This document shows, piece by piece, positions 63,410-64,000 of a DNA stretch of 64,000 nt (position 1 is the first letter of the stretch; the number at the start of each line of letters is the position of its first letter). A model generated the notes under the pieces. The model made no database searches. It was not told where the DNA came from and saw only the letters and a program-made list of their open reading frames with translations. The DNA comes from Heterodontus francisci (lineage: Eukaryota), in assembly GCF_036365525.1 (NCBI RefSeq), contig NC_090419.1, positions 11,966,001 to 12,030,000 of the forward strand. The letters run 5' to 3'. Position numbers and translations under genes: made by a program.

Positions 63410-64000
63410 CATCGGTCATTGGGGAAATGCTAGAGTCCATTACTAAGGAAGAAATAGCAGGACATTTAGAAAAGCTTAACGCAATCAGAGTCAACATGGT
63501 TTTGTGAAAGGGAAATCATTTTTGACAAATTTGCTAGAGTTCCTTGAGGATAAGCAGAGTTGATAAAGGGGAACTAGTGGATGTAGTGCATTTAGATTTC
63601 CAGAAGGTATTTGATAAGATGCCACATGAAAGATTATTGCACAAGATTGGAGCTCACGGTATTGGGGGTAATGTATTAGCATGGATTGAAGAATGGTTAA
63701 CTCACAGAAGACAGAGAGTCAGGATTAATGGGTCTTTTTCAGATGGGAAAGACATAACTAGTGGAGTGCCACAAGGATCTGTACTAGTGCCTCAATTATT
63801 TACTATCAATATTAAATGACTTGAAGGGGGCAGAGTGTAATAGATCCAAATTTGCTGACGATACAAAAATAGGTGAGAGGGCCTGTTGTGATGAGGATAT
63901 AAGGATTCTGCAAGGGGATATAGATAGGTTGAGTGTGTGGGCCAAAACCTGGCAGATGGAGTTTAATGTAGGAAAGTGTGAGGTCATGCACTTTGGTAGG
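63410..64000 (+). mobile_element. CR1 LINE RT fragment (runs off the window edge)
   Basis: It reads VDVVHLDFQKVFDKMPHERLL...GVPQGSVL and KFADDTKIG. Confidence 0.9.

Overview
This is vertebrate genomic DNA, probably from a cartilaginous fish given the HE1/V-SINE-like SINEs, abundant CR1/L2/RTE LINE relics and a Penelope-type fragment. Positions ~1.1-54 kb hold a head-to-tail, minus-strand array of one divergent alpha-tubulin gene: seven complete five-exon copies (450 aa, ending ...DRRAEEEE with no C-terminal Tyr) plus a 3'-truncated, degenerate copy at the left edge. The array contains a ~21,083-bp three-gene higher-order duplication, mosaic gene-conversion-like haplotypes and at least three protein variants. 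Each spacer holds a decayed extra tubulin exon 2 and a LINE fragment, which in some spacers is split by a nested CR1. The outermost right copy has a non-homogenised promoter. Positions 54-64 kb are a repeat-rich flank with LINE/SINE relics, a CpG-rich island, a degenerate ATCAGA-type repeat matrix, and a ~100-bp TSD-flanked insert carrying a minimal hammerhead-ribozyme core. Exon boundaries were read by eye; element boundaries are approximate.
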